NCBI GenBank assembly: GCA_964016885.1
Contig: OZ024755.1
Span: forward strand, 15,376,001 to 15,440,000
Origin: Eledone cirrhosa
Taxonomy: Eukaryota
Length of the DNA: 64,000 nucleotides
Direction of reading: 5' to 3'
Below are positions 38,845-54,544 of this stretch, one piece after another (position 1 is the stretch's first letter; each line of letters opens with the position of its first letter). Below the pieces are notes generated by a model. It had not been told where the DNA came from, did no database searches, and saw nothing but the letters and a program-made list of their open reading frames with translations. Both the position numbers and the translations under genes were made by a program.

Positions 38845-40569
38845 AATGATCTAAAGTAAGATACAGCCACAACACCCCAGTGTGTAGACATTCATTTTAA
38901 ACAAAAGAAACAAAAAACTCCCCAATCTACAAAAAGAAAATTTGTCTATTGATTGAAACACAAACTATAACTACAACAGTATTGAAGTTTATAAATATTT
39001 TAATACAAATTAAAGCATAATACCATTATATAAAACTATCTAGTAAAATATAATGACGAACTAATACAAATAACTAGAAAATATTAGAAAAACACGCTTA
39101 TATTTCCAAGTAAGTCAACGAATACAAAGCTACGGTGACAGATAATTGTTAAAACAAAGACGAAATAACTGAATTTGTGAGTCAAATAATTAAAATCTTT
39201 AAAACAACACCACAAGTGAGATTTCTGTATGTCTGGGATAAATTCAGCAATGTGAAACTAGACAAAGAGAAGTGAAGATTCGTGGTTTTTCCCCATAGCC
39301 CTCCTAACAAAAATAAGCAAATGGATGCTATGTAGTAGAATATATTAGGTGACTGTGAAATATATGGAGAGTTTGAGCAGAAACGTTTAATGACATACTC
39401 TCTTACACACCAGAGATGACAGAGTTCGGGCTTTCGTGCAGAGAAAATGATGCAGGAATTATGAAATAATAGGTTAGCAGATTCGTTAAAGTCGTATTTA
39501 GTTACGATGCTTTGCATTCCATCTTACTGGATTCATATAATATAGTACCTTTCAAGTACAGACGGCAAATTAATCAACTAACCTTTTCCACCTGGGTTCC
39601 GGTTATTTACTTATGTGAGAAAGAATTATGACATGCGAACGAAAAATATGTGGCACATGTAACTGACCTAGCTGTGATCGAACTCATAATCTAGTAGAGA
39701 GCTGAAATATACTGCGAGGTATTTTATCCGATGAACTAATGATTTTCTCATTTCATGACTCTGTACTTTGATAAAGTTGTTCAACCGTAATGTCTGAGAC
39801 GTTATCTTATTCTGGGAATTTAACGAGAAATGGAGCAGCAAATATCGATGCTTCATAGTCCACGCTCAGGATAGTACAATATAATAGTCAGAAAACTTTT
39901 TAAAGATTTTACTTTCCTAATAGGAAAAGAAAAGTTGTTACTACAATAACAGCATAACTAAAATGTAATCTTGTGTTGGCCGTCTTGCGACGACTGTTTA
40001 TAACCATGGATATAGAAAGAAGGCTGCTGAAAGTAATAACAGAAATGACAATTAACTTAAATGGAAAGAAAATATAGAAAGAAGTTGAAGAATATAACTA
40101 AGGGAAGGAAACAATGAAACGCTAATGTAATAAAATAAAATATAATGTTAACAGCGCATCAAATGTTACTTATAAATAGCAATATAGTTTTTAACAGATC
40201 TACATAAAATTAAGTAAATGCCGCCATCATAATGTGTCTCTAACGTCATATAGTGAAATCTGTCTTAAAGATACGCTTTGAAATCTCTATAACATTTTCA
40301 AATTAATTACCTGATCGAAGTGAGAAAATCGGTATTATTATATTTACAAGACAATGCGGCATCCAATTGTTCGACAGACACAGACATCTCACCGTCAGTC
40401 ATCTTCGTATCATTGGCGCTAAAGTTCAGAATATTCAACCATAAAATCTTAACATCTGCCTTGCATTGTTGAAGAATTCTGGAGTGATAAAATGTTTGAC
40501 TTGTAAACCGGTTGCTTGATAGAGATATTTCTACACAATCCCATTTCTTTCATTCTTTCAAGTTCTCTG

Positions 40570-40604
<35 letters not shown>

Positions 40605-40961
40605 CTTCCTTTCTCTTCACTTATTTTATTTAATTGAATAACCAGCAACTAACATTAAAATACATTCCGCACGATCGTTAGTATCGGGACGTCATTCGTA
40701 CAGACCAGATAAATCTGATGCATCGCATTGCTTTTTTGCATCATTGTTATTTACTTTATTCTTAAAGTGAAGTGAAATAATGTAATAAAAGATCTCAATA
40801 AATGGTGGTTCCCATCAATGGATATTGTAGAACGACCTTTACTGTTTTCTTGCTGTGTTGGTACACAATGACTCCTATGTTTTGTTGCCATACTGATGAT
40901 GTGCAAATGTATGAGTTTCTCTGCTTTTTCACTTTACTCTCTATATATATAATATACCTCT

Positions 40962-41022
<61 letters not shown>

Positions 41023-41036
41023 GTGTGTGTATGTCT

Positions 41037-41078
<42 letters not shown>

Positions 41079-41444
41079 GTGTGTGTATGTGTATATATAT
41101 ACCCATTTTCTCTATTCCATGCTCGCTCTGCTGTGCTGTGAGGCGAATCAACACCTCTTAGTGACCTCTTGACACCAGCCGGATATTAGAAAGCGCTGAA
41201 GTGATACGCAGCTTCTATATAATTTTAATCCGGTGGTTTCCCCCTTTTTTTATTGGAAAGGAAGAAGCAATGGAATAAATATGCAAACTTTCTATAGACA
41301 CAACTTCCCCAAATAGATTCTTCCTATTGATTGTTTCAAAAAATAACATTCGATCGTGTGTTCCATCGCTGATCCATTCAGCAAACAAATTACTAAGATA
41401 TTTGGCTTTTTGTTGTTGCTGTTTTAGATATGTCTACTAATATC

Positions 41445-41592
41445 ACTACTACTACTATCACTACTACTGCTGTATTATTGCTAGTACTTCCATACAAAGT
41501 CACAACCAACTCTACTACTAGTCCTGGTGCTATTTCTGCTGCTACTACTACTATTGCTGCTACTACTACTACTACTACTCCTGTTACTACTA
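41445..41592. repeat. (CTA/CTG)n trinucleotide repeat
   Basis: Direct inspection. Confidence 0.85.
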
Positions 41593-41864
41593 CATAAAAA
41601 TAATTGTTTCTACTTTTGCCACAAGGCCAGCAATTATCCCAATGTATTACTGGTGCTTTATTTTATCATCCCCGTAAGGATGAAAGGCAAAGTTAACATC
41701 GGCGGGATTTGAACTCAGACCATAAAGGGCCCTAACTATGCTGCAAAGTATGGCATCCGACCCTCTACCGATACTGCCAATCCACCACATAAAAATAATT
41801 GTTTCTACTTTCGGCACAAGGCCAGCAAATAACCAGTGTATTACTGGTACTTCATAAAAATAAT
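41593..41864 (-). mobile_element. Two SINE family A insertions (one full, one 5'-truncated) with a triplicated target site
   Basis: cataaaaataat at 41593, 41788 and 41853. Confidence 0.85.
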
Positions 41865-42094
41865 GTTCCCATATTATGCAATATGAAACCAGTCTAACCT
41901 ATTGTAGTGAGTGTTTTCTGTTTTGATAAATTCCTATGCCTTGTCGAGAAGAGATACTAAATTCGTTAACTGTTTATCAACTGTTGAAAATGTGTTTTCA
42001 CTGGGTCCCTAAACGGAAGATCACACTTTCCACTTCAGTATGTGAGAATGACACCAATTCATAATCTATTAGTATTTCTACTATGATTGATAAT

Positions 42095-42312
42095 GATGGT
42101 TTCTAATTTAGGCACAAGGCCAACCATTTTGTGGGAGGGGAACGTCTATTAAATCAACCCCAGTCCGTTACTGGTACTTTATTTTATCAATCCCGTCAGG
42201 ATGAAAGGCAAAAATAACCGTGACAGGATTTGAAATCAGAATGTAAATGACGGATTCTAGATGCCACGAAGCTCGGTGTCCGGCGCTCTACCGATAATGC
42301 CAATCCACTATC
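42095..42312 (-). mobile_element. SINE family A, full length, followed by another 3' fragment to ~42380
   Basis: ggcacaaggcc...aaccccagtccgttactggtac...ggatgaaaggcaaa...ggatttgaaatc...gccaatccac. Confidence 0.85.
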
Positions 42313-42460
42313 CTTGTTTCTACTATAATCAATAATATTGGTTCCTAAATAAAGTACAAGACCAGCAATTTGTGGGAAGTAGAATGTAGGGGTAGGGTTA
42401 GAAAAATCATGAAAATAAATAGTAAAATGTACTATTCAATAATTAATACGAAATTATACT

Positions 42461-42502
42461 TACTAGCAGAAAAACCACCCTCGGGTGGATTTTCTGCTAG
42501 TA
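42461..42502. repeat. Hairpin, 20-bp arms
   Basis: tactagcagaaaaaccaccc-tc-gggtggattttctgctagta, one mismatch. Confidence 0.85.
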
Positions 42503-44943
42503 CATGTGATTATACCATAGTACATGCTATTTTATGCATGTAGATATGATACATCAAATAAAATCGTAATTGACAACATACACAGAAATTGAACGAAGAG
42601 TGCGTTACACTGTCTTATGGAATCAGTAACGTAATCCATGATACATTTAAAAAGGACGATATTATATATAAACTGCATTAGGAGAAAATTAGTGACGGAA
42701 ATATATGAATGTTTATTTAAGCGATCGCTAATCGGAAGTGTTGACATTTGAATATTTTAAAGAAGTGAATCTTTAAATAAGCAATAAAATATATTTAATC
42801 AAAAGCTACGAAATTTAGCAGATAAATTAAGTAATATGCATTCATTAATTATTCAAAGTAATCAAACTTATTTTACAAACGGGATAAAAAATTATACTCT
42901 GGATGCAGTCCCGCACGTCTTTCTTTATTATAGTTAAGATTGCTAGTTTAAATAATGAGTTTTCTAATCTATACTCAACCAGGTTTAAATATCTTGACTG
43001 ATGTTGGAGTTGTTGGATGGCCATCCTGAGACAGGGTATGTCAAGCCTGGTGGAACCCATCTATCTCTAGGTCGAAATACAACTAATTTCTTCCAGAAAG
43101 AAGTAGAGACGGAGGAGGAAGAAATAATGCTAGTACTGCACTTGTATTATATGTAAAGACCAAGAAAATATGGAAAGCAAAGTTGACTTCGGTAAAAATT
43201 GAACTTAGAATGTACTGGGCAGTAAGAAATATCGAGGCATTTTTAATCCGATGCTTTATTGACTCGGAACATTTCCCGCCTGCCGATACATATAATATTT
43301 TGTTATTTTACTTTGATTCTGTTGCAATGGTGAGCATATCATCATGAGAAAATGCAGAAGTCTGAATATATTTAGCCTCATAGACATATTGTAAAAGTAA
43401 CTGCTGAGAATAATGCAATCGTACTTCTCAGAAAAGCTGTTAAATATTGCCAGTAACAGAAGTAAGACTTCAGAATCTGTTAGTGGTGGGAAATAGAATT
43501 TAGATAGAAAATTAATACGTTTGTTAATTTGTTATATTTCTCGTATTTCCGTATTTAATTTAAAGTTATTTAACTCACTATTAAAATTGTTGTATTGATT
43601 TTGTCTCTCCTTTAACTACTTCAAAATATATTTCAAAAATGTATTTTAAAGTTTTATCTCAAAAATCTTCACTCCTCAAACGATTCTCAAATCTTCCCTA
43701 CTTTGTGATTTTATTTTTACATTTTTATATTTTTACGAACATAACTCTAAAATTACTTTCTACTTATTTATCTTTTTATCACATTTTTTATAACATTCAG
43801 ATACAATAAGCACATATACAAACACGTAAGAATACAACCTCAAACATACACACAAACCTTTAGGAACACACACAAACATAAACATACATAAACGTACACA
43901 GAAAAACATGTAAGAAGACACATACATTCACACACATGAATATGCACAAAGACAAATACAGACAAACATGTAAATTCACAAGTTCTCACTTAATCTCACA
44001 CTTATTCTATCTTTTTTCTCTGTTTCTCTCTACAATTCTATCTCTTTCTCTCTCTCGCTCTCACACGTTATCTAAATCTTTAAATGTTTCTATCATTACA
44101 ACTCCCTTCTTATCCATCCCTTGCTTCCCTTCATGTGTTGCTTACTCACGTTTCAATATCACCTTCTCTATAAAACTATGATTCTTCCATTCATTGCCTT
44201 TTTTTTCAATAAATTCTCTCTCTTTTCATTTCCCAATGTTTCCTTTATATCTCTCTTTCTATCCTATAATATTTTCGCACATTTTTTTTCCTATTTATAA
44301 TATCACCCTTTCAAAATTCCCCTCATACTCCTTTTTCACTTCTGCCTATTACACCTTACTGCTTTACTTTCCCTTCTCTATTTTTCACTCTTTAATCATT
44401 CGTCCTATAAAAATCCTATCCAATTCTCACACACACGCACAGCAAAAAACAAAACAATAATTTAAATGGACAAAAGATAAAAAAAAAATAATGTCTCATA
44501 TAATTGCAGTCTTTTTCCACGAAACTTTCAACAAGAAATGCTTCAGAAACACGTACACCGAATTACTTCAGTTGCTTGCGTGATTTCTTTTTGTTTTTTG
44601 TTTTCTTTAATTTCAATATTAAATTTTTTTTTGACATTTTTCTATCGTCATCATCCCCTTCCTTACTCTCATTGAGATTTACAACTTAAATTGCATCAAT
44701 AAGTGAAATTAGCATGTATATGTATATATATATATATATGTGAGTGTGTGTGTGCCAGTAAGTACATATGCATGAAATGCAATCAAAAACAAATATATAT
44801 ATATATACATGATTTCTAAGCGCGCGTGCACACACGCAATCCCACTTTTATATATATAGAATTAAAACCAATATGCGCATATATGTATTTATATATGCAT
44901 ATGTGTGTGTGCACGTGTGTTTATAACAATTAAAAACAAATAG

Positions 44944-44988
<45 letters not shown>

Positions 44989-45589
44989 GTGAAGTGTATG
45001 AGTGGGTGTGCGTAAGAAGGAATATTAATACGAAATTAAGATTAATCAAACGACTATTTCTTTTTTTCATAAGTGTGTACCTTAATATACAATTGTAGTA
45101 GCTAGAATCACTATGTTAGCTTATTATCAGGTTATGTCAATTAATACCTTTTGAGGCAATGAGTGGAGAGCTCTAAATCTACTTACCGCTACTTTACTGC
45201 CTATGACGAACAAACTTATAATGAAGTACTGCCTTTAAACTAATGATTAGGTTGAAATCGACTTTCTATTATTAATTACAATCATTAATTATGTATACCC
45301 TAGGCCACCTGAAGAATCATTAAACTATGGCTTTACACATTAATCACTCCACTGCTTCCGGCTTTGACATTTAACATTAAACGGTCACAACAACTGTACA
45401 TATTATGTTCAATGTGTGAGCATTAATATATAAACAAATGGGTCTTTGTGATGTGTGACACTATGGCATCCTCCACGATTTTTGTCAGCGTGTGTATCAT
45501 GCATTGTATATTATATATATATGGTAGACCGTGGTCTTAAATATTGTATATTGACTTAAGTCACATATATGCGCCTGCCTGCGTGTGTG

Positions 45590-45868
45590 TCTTTGTGGTT
45601 AGCTTATTCGGCTCATATTTTATTAGTTCGATTTCCGATGGCGTGTTGTATTTATTTCACGTAGCTCCAGTTCACTCAGCTGGTAAACATGAGCTGCGTC
45701 TGTAATTCGAAGGGCTAGCCTCGCTATATTCTGTATCACATTGAATCTCCTTGAGAACTAAGTTAAGACTACGCCTGTTTGTGGAATGCACAGCCACCTG
45801 CACAAGCAGGGTGTTCCGTTGATCATATCAACTGGAGCACTCGTCGTCGTAACCAACGGAGTGCCAGG
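45590..45868 (+). mobile_element. SINE family B
   Basis: tatttcacgtagctccagttcactcagctgg...gaagggctagcc...tgtggaatgcacagccac...aaccaacggagtgcca. Confidence 0.8.
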
Positions 45869-45877
45869 ATATGTATG

Positions 45878-45880
<3 letters not shown>

Positions 45881-45968
<88 letters not shown>

Positions 45969-45978
45969 GATAGAGAAA
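45881..45978. repeat. (GA)n microsatellite
   Basis: Direct inspection. Confidence 0.95.
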
Positions 45979-46009
45979 GTGATAAAGCGAAATAGAGCAA
46001 GAATCCAGC

Positions 46010-46150
46010 CAAATGCTGACCTGGTATTTTGTTTCGCGCTGGTGAATGGTTGAAAGGCAAAGTTGACCTCGGCGAGATATAAAATCAGAGCGCAGTAAAC
46101 CAGAATAAATACGGGGGTATTTAATCCGACACCCAAACGACTCTAACAAT
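46010..46150 (-). mobile_element. SINE family A, degenerate
   Basis: tgaaaggcaaagttgacctcggcgagat core. Confidence 0.7.
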
Positions 46151-46914
46151 ATTTATTCATCATAAATTCTCAAATTATATCAACTCAATCCTCGATTTCA
46201 ACTCAGGTAGCATTTATTGATATAGTAATTTCTATTTAAGCGTTTAGGGATATCTGGATTTCCACTGATTTCATATTTTCCGAGTTCCCATAATCTGATT
46301 GTAAAAATGAAAATAAATATTGTAAGTGATAACAGGGTTCAAAGTACCTCGATGATTCTGGTTGTATAAAGCCACATGAGAAATTAGTTGTATGATTTTC
46401 ATACAAAATGCTTGTATGGTTGTTGATCACTGATTACTGTATAAAACAACTAATTCTCTTAACGTCTATAAGAACTTTTACAGAATACATATTTGAGTAG
46501 GCTTCTATAATGATTTCAGTGAGCGTATCGTTGAGTGACGGCTATATGTATTCTATTGCAACTTGGGTGGTAACTGTGTACACTTTCCTGATCATTCACC
46601 GTTTACTTTCGAAATCTGTAAATGATTAATTCGCTTAGCACATCAAAGAATCCTGTGATCAAGGAAACATTATTTCATTGGATGTGTAATGAGGCAGATT
46701 ATCTAAGAGGTGGATGGGTGACATAAATCACCAGTTGCGAAATCAGATACTGTTATCGGAATCTAAGCTTCGAGAAAAGAAGCGGTGAGACTAATGCTTT
46801 TTCAGTTACAAGGTACTATAGTTATATAAACAAAGTTTGGAGCATATGACTAAACTGATATGGAAATAAACAAACGAAGATAACAAAAATAGACGAGCGT
46901 ATGTGTGTGCATAT

Positions 46915-46916
46915 AT

Positions 46917-46957
<41 letters not shown>

Positions 46958-47361
46958 TATATACATATATGTATATACATATATATATGTATATAGATAT
47001 ATATGTATATAGATATATATATATATGTATATACATATATATATATAGATATATGTGTATATAGATATATATATATATACATATATAGATATATGTGTAT
47101 ATGTATATACATATATATATGTATATAGATGTATATATATATGTATATACATATATATATGTATATAGATATATATGTATATGTATATAGATATATATGT
47201 ATATAGATATATATGTATATAGATATATATATAGATATATATATATATATATGTATATACATATATATGTATATAGATATATATAGATATATGTATATAC
47301 ATATATATATGTGTATAGATATATATATATATATGTATATAGATATATATATATATATATG

Positions 47362-47395
<34 letters not shown>

Positions 47396-47661
47396 CATAT
47401 ATATATGTGTATAGATATACATATATATATGTATATAGATATATATATATAGATATATATAGATATATAGATATACATATATATGTATATAGATATATAT
47501 ATATATATATGTATATACATATATATGTATATAGATATATGTATATACATATATATATATGTATATAGATATATATATATATGTATATACATATATATAT
47601 GTATATAGATATATGTATATACATATATATACATACATATATATATATATATATACGTATA

Positions 47662-47725
<64 letters not shown>

Positions 47726-47733
47726 TACGTATA

Positions 47734-47797
<64 letters not shown>

Positions 47798-48034
47798 TAT
47801 ATGTATATACATATATATATATACGTATATAGATATATATATATATGTATATAGATATATACATACATATATATATATATACAGATATATATATCTATAT
47901 AGATATATATATATATCTATATACATATATCTATATAGATATATATATATATCTATATACATATATATATATACATATATATCTATATACATATATATAT
48001 ATATCTATATATCTATATACATATATATATATAC

Positions 48035-48065
<31 letters not shown>

Positions 48066-49847
48066 CATATATATATACATATATATATATACATATATAT
48101 ATATATACATATATATATACATATATATATATATACACATATATTTATATACATATATATATATACATATATATATACATATATATACACATATATATAT
48201 ATATGTATATACATATATATATATATGTATATACATATATATATATGAGTATATATACATACATATATATGAGTATATATACATACATATATATGAGTAT
48301 ATATACATACATATATATGAGTATATATACATACATATATATATGTATATATACATATATATATATATGTATATATACATATATATATATATGTATATAT
48401 ACATATATATATATATGTATATATACATATATATATATATGTATATATACATATATATATGTATATATACATATATATATATATGTATATATACATATAT
48501 ATATATGTATATATACATACATATATATATGTATATATACATACATATATATATGTATATATACATACATATATATATGTATATATACATACATATATAT
48601 AAGTATATATACATACATATATATATGTATATATACATATATATATATGTATATATACATACATATATATATGTATATATACATACATATATATATGTAT
48701 ATATACATACATATATATATATATATGTATATATACATACATATATATATATGTATATATACATATATATATGTATATATACATATATATACATATATAT
48801 ATATATACATACATATATATACATATATATATACACATATATATATACATACATATATATATGTATATATACATATATATACATATATATATACATACAT
48901 ATATATATGTATATATACATATATATATACATACATATATATATGTATATATACATATATATACATATATATATACATACATATATATATGTATATATAC
49001 ATATATATACATATATATATACATACATATCTATATGTATATATACATATATATACATATATATATACATACATATATATATGTATATATACATATATAT
49101 ACATATATATATGTATATATACATATATATACATATATATATACATACATATATATATGTATATATACATATATATACATATATATATACATACATATAT
49201 ATATGTATATATACATATATATACATATATATATACATACATATATATATGTATATATACATATATATACATATATATATACATACATATATATATGTAT
49301 ATATACATATATATACATATATATATATATACATATATATACATATATATATACATACATATATATATGTATATATACATATATATACATATATATATAC
49401 ATACATATATATATGTATATATACATATATATACATATATATATACATACATATATATATGTATATATACATATATATACATACATATATATATGTATAT
49501 ATACATATATATACATACATATATATATATACATACATACATACATATATATTTATACATACATATATGTATATATACATATATATACATATATATGCAT
49601 ACATATATATATGTATATATACATATATATACATATATATGCATACATATATATATGTATATATACATACATATATATACATGTACATACATATATATAT
49701 ATACACATACATATATATACATGTACATACATATATATATATACACATACATATATATACATGTACATACATATATATATATACACATACATATATATAT
49801 ATACACATATATATATATGTATATACATATATAAATACATATATATA
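46915..49847. repeat. ~2.9-kb (TA)n/TACA/TATG compound array with higher-order units
   Basis: Direct inspection; source of the spurious 300-700 aa I/Y ORFs. Confidence 0.97.
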
Positions 49848-50456
49848 TGGTGGCTGCCAACTCGTTTTCGAGTACGGCCATCACTTTATATCCATGTAGG
49901 AGAACCCCTACCGATGCGCTCAACGAGTGTGACTTTTTGTCCAGCCAACGACTTGAAATCTCTGGTACAAACACTACACTTGTGACAATTATTGACACAT
50001 AGTGCTGGGCCCATGCTACCATGTAACGACAAGTGCAGAGAGATCTCCAGATATAAAGCAATGCCTGTGCCGTGAAGCTTTTATAGTGAGCAAAGGTACT
50101 GCACAAAGCCAGTCCCACTCTCTTAACCAAGATGATATTTACCAAAAAAAAGAACAAGTCAACATCATTGGATACCATCAGAGTTGCAGGTGTTATATCA
50201 AAGTTTTCCTTCTCCTAGAATTCTGCCTTGACAAAGGCTAAGGGGTCATCTCTCCCAGTGATTTGGGATGGCCATTGACTCTTAAGAGCTCCTTTGCCCT
50301 TTGACAGGTTTTGTTTTTAGTCCTGCAGGATGTCCAAAGTCACCCCCCTCACTAAGAAACCTTGGTGGGGTTGCCAGTTTAGTCGCCAACGACCCGACCA
50401 TGAGACAGGTTGTACTGGGATACATGTTACCAGTAGCACCAACTGGTGACCTGACA
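49848..50456. mobile_element. Unclassified 609-bp non-coding TG...CA element embedded in the (TA)n array
   Basis: tggtggctgc...gacctgaca; homologous to 18851-19350 and 235-300. Confidence 0.75.
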
Positions 50457-50470
50457 TATATGTATATATG

Positions 50471-50502
<32 letters not shown>

Positions 50503-50565
50503 AACATATATATATATAAACATATATATATATAAACATATATATATATACACATACATATATAT

Positions 50566-50608
<43 letters not shown>

Positions 50609-50647
50609 TATATATATATACACATATATATATATATATATACACAC

Positions 50648-50680
<33 letters not shown>

Positions 50681-50707
50681 CACATATATATATATATATA
50701 TACACAC

Positions 50708-50740
<33 letters not shown>

Positions 50741-50767
50741 CACATATATATATATATATATACACAC

Positions 50768-50800
<33 letters not shown>

Positions 50801-50841
50801 CACATATATATATATATACACACATATATATATATACACAC

Positions 50842-50872
<31 letters not shown>

Positions 50873-51074
50873 TATATATATACACATATATATATATATA
50901 CACATATATATATACACACATATATATATACACACATATATATATACACACATATATATATATATACACACATATATATATATATACACACATATATATA
51001 TACACATATATATATAAACATATATATATATATATATATACCCATATATATATATACCCATATATATATATACA

Positions 51075-51118
<44 letters not shown>

Positions 51119-51525
51119 TATATACACATATATATATATACATATATATATGTATATATACATATATCTGTATGTATATATACACATATATATGTATGTA
51201 TATATACACATATATATATACATATATACACATATATATATACATATATATACATATATATATACATATATATACATATATACACACATATATATACATA
51301 TATACACACATATATATACATATATACACACATATACATATATACACACATATACATATATACACATATATATATACATATATACACATATATATATACA
51401 TATATACACATATATACACATATATATACATATATACACATATATATATATACACATATATATACACATATATATATACATATATACACATATATATATA
51501 CACATATACACATATATATATACAC

Positions 51526-51572
<47 letters not shown>

Positions 51573-51627
51573 TATATATATATATAAAACTATATATATA
51601 CACATACGCACGTCTATTTTTGTTATC

Positions 51628-51670
<43 letters not shown>

Positions 51671-51675
51671 TACAT
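50457..51675. repeat. (TA)n/(CA) compound microsatellite array
   Basis: Direct inspection. Confidence 0.97.
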
Positions 51676-53052
51676 CTGTATGTGTGTATATATGAATTTG
51701 CAAGTTTATAGGCGCGTGTGCGTGTTTGTGTGAATATGTCTAAAAGAGTGAGAGTTAGTATGATACTTTATGTATCATATGCACAGTTATTTACATGTTT
51801 CACAACCTTATTGTCGTCATTCAAGCATCATTAGTATCAATGTTATTATGCTAAGATAGCTATAACAACATACACACATTTTATTGGTTAGAATCGAATT
51901 CAACTAAAGGACGTCAGGCTTCATATGTCACAAACCATGCTTACATCTTTTATATTTGCATACCTTATAAAATCATGCGTATTCTACCACAGTTAAAATG
52001 AGAGAGCGTTTAGTTGTCAGATGTTAAATAGTGTAGGATTAATTGTCTTCTTGCTGCTGTATTTTATTTTGTCATCCTTCACATTCTCCCCTCCCATACT
52101 ACAAGGATCGATAAGTTTAGAATTCCCCTGAGCTCGATAAAAGGAAAACTAGTAATACGTATATTGGTGGTAACATTGTTGAATATATTCTTCCCAATTG
52201 GAATCATTAACTGTGTTCCGAATAAACACATCTGAGTTTTTGAAGTTATTGGGGCGAACAATGAGATTGTGTATAACAGGAAATCATGAAGCTATTTTAT
52301 GTACTCACCTGACCAGGTGTATACCTGTTGCTAAATATAAATATGAAAGTGGTGATCTTGTAGTGTAGTTACTGCTTTGTAGCACTTGTTCCGACTCTCT
52401 ATGCTCTGAGTTTAAGTTCTGTCGAGGTTAAAATTACTTTTCATCTTTTAAAATTGGATGAAATACATTGCTAACCTAGGCAGGGGGTTATAGAAATTGT
52501 TACAGCTTTGAACGATATGCCTGGTGATAATATGTGGATCACAGTGCTGGAATATTTAAGTCCGCAACCTGGCCCTTGGAGACCTTTTCAGGAGTCCACG
52601 CTCAAGCAATATATGGACAAAATCTCTTGTTTGAGGATACATTCTTCCCTGTAACCAATCATGAAGGCCTGGGAATGGAATATGAGTACTGTCCTTGCTT
52701 ACTAAATAGTGAATCAATTACCCACATTTTCTAAAGTATTTTTGTTATCAACTCAAGAAGTCCAAACTTTCAAAACCAGAAATCATTCACTTTATATGCG
52801 CAATGTAGTAGATCTATCAAAATATATATATTTGTGTTACACAAATGAGATAACTTATACTAACTTATCCTTTTATATCTCGTATAATTGGAAGGTTACG
52901 GAACATGTGTATTATCATGTAGATAAAAGTAGTTTATTGCAACATCTGAGGGTTACTGGAGTACAAAACTAGTCAACATGACACATCTGTAGATATTTCA
53001 CTGTTCAGTAGGCTCTCTAAAGACGTTAGGAAACTCATAAATGTCTCAATTT

Positions 53053-53090
<38 letters not shown>
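53053..53090. repeat. (TAG)n microsatellite
   Basis: About 12 units. Confidence 0.95.
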
Positions 53091-53589
53091 AGGAAACGTC
53101 CATCTATGTGAGGAAGCTTCCAAGATACATTGTACAAATTAATCTGCTTACATCGGCTTCAATGAAAACAGCGATCTAAATGAACGGTCAAAGCTAAACA
53201 TATATGTATAGTGTGTGTATGTACTCCACAGAAATAAAGGAAGACTACATTAAACGATTAAAAAGCAGAAGTGAGCCAATAAACAGAACAGCGACAATAA
53301 TAATTCTAGTATATTGAAAAAGTAGGTGGAAGGGAACAACGGACCACAGCAACAAGAAGAAAAGAACTACAAGTAGAATAAGATTATGAATAAGAGTAAC
53401 ATAAAACAAAACTGAATATATAGAAGACATGGATGAAGAAGTAAAGTTTCTTAACTTCAGAATAAGTTGAAGGGGTGTTGTCCTGACACACGATGTAGCT
53501 TATGTATTTTTAATCTGGTAGAGATCATCCGCCCATGTGTCTAAAACCAGTGGACTCTGTCCAGAGAAAGAAAGGGCGATAAAGATAGG

Positions 53590-53995
53590 TGAAGAAATCG
53601 ACCTCAGTACTGAACCGATACTTATCTTATCGAAGATGAAAGGCAAAGCTGATCTCGGCGGGATTTGTACTCAGAGTGAAGTCTGCCTGAATAAATACCG
53701 AGGCGTATACAGAAGAATAGACTGTATAAAAATAACAATTCATAAAGGAGGGGATTGAAAACAAGAGGTAAACGTATAAACACAAAAAAGCAACAATATT
53801 ATATATCACAATGTGTGGTGGATTGACAGTATCTTTAGAGCGTCAGACAACAGGCTTTGTGGCATATGGTTACGTTGCTTTACGTTCTGCTGAGTTTAGC
53901 TTTGCCTTTCAACCTTACGGAACGCACTGGAATCGAATTAATCGACTTTCTCCTCCACAAACATTGTTGGCTTTGTGCCTAAATTAAAAAAACAT
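53590..53995. mobile_element. Two degenerate SINE family A copies (53590-53710 minus; 53815-53995 plus)
   Basis: gatgaaaggcaaagctgatctcggcgggattt on one side; gtggtggattgacag...ttgcctttcaacc...ttgtgcctaaatt on the other. Confidence 0.7.
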
Positions 53996-54544
53996 TATAT
54001 ATCACTAATAACATGCTAAACGTTCTGTGGTTTAATATGATAATAAATACAGTCACACTAATACAAGTGAAGCATCACCAAAAGAAATTACACTAACTAT
54101 TCATTTTGTTAACTACAAGAGTGAAACGTACCCTCACTATAGAATGGAGGAATATGCCACTAAAAACGCAAAGAAAACCAAAACACATCATTTATTGATC
54201 CTAACCACAAACTCATACTTGTTATATAACACAAAAATACGACCAAAATAAACTCATTAACATGAAACCATAGATGATAAACCGTAGAACATATTATTAA
54301 TGTCATATCAATTTCAGTGCAAACATAAACGAAGTGAACTTCATGACCTAAATCTTCACATCAATCACACAAGCACTACACTTTCCCGTCAGTAAGCCAT
54401 ACACTTACAACATCGCTACACATCTCTATACATTACATGAAAATAACAATAGATAAGTCTATATTAGTCAATAATTCTATACAGATTTCGACGCAAAACA
54501 TGAATATCTTAGGGGCTTTAATAATATCAGAATAACAGCACAAT

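Noticed and set aside
50340-50456. HDV-like or twister ribozyme at the minus-strand start of the TG...CA element
   Set aside because: Partial helices were found, but the P1.1/P2 (HDV) and T2 (twister) pairings could not be completed in both copies.
46806-51711. Many overlapping 300-680 aa ORFs on both strands
   Set aside because: Microsatellite artefacts.
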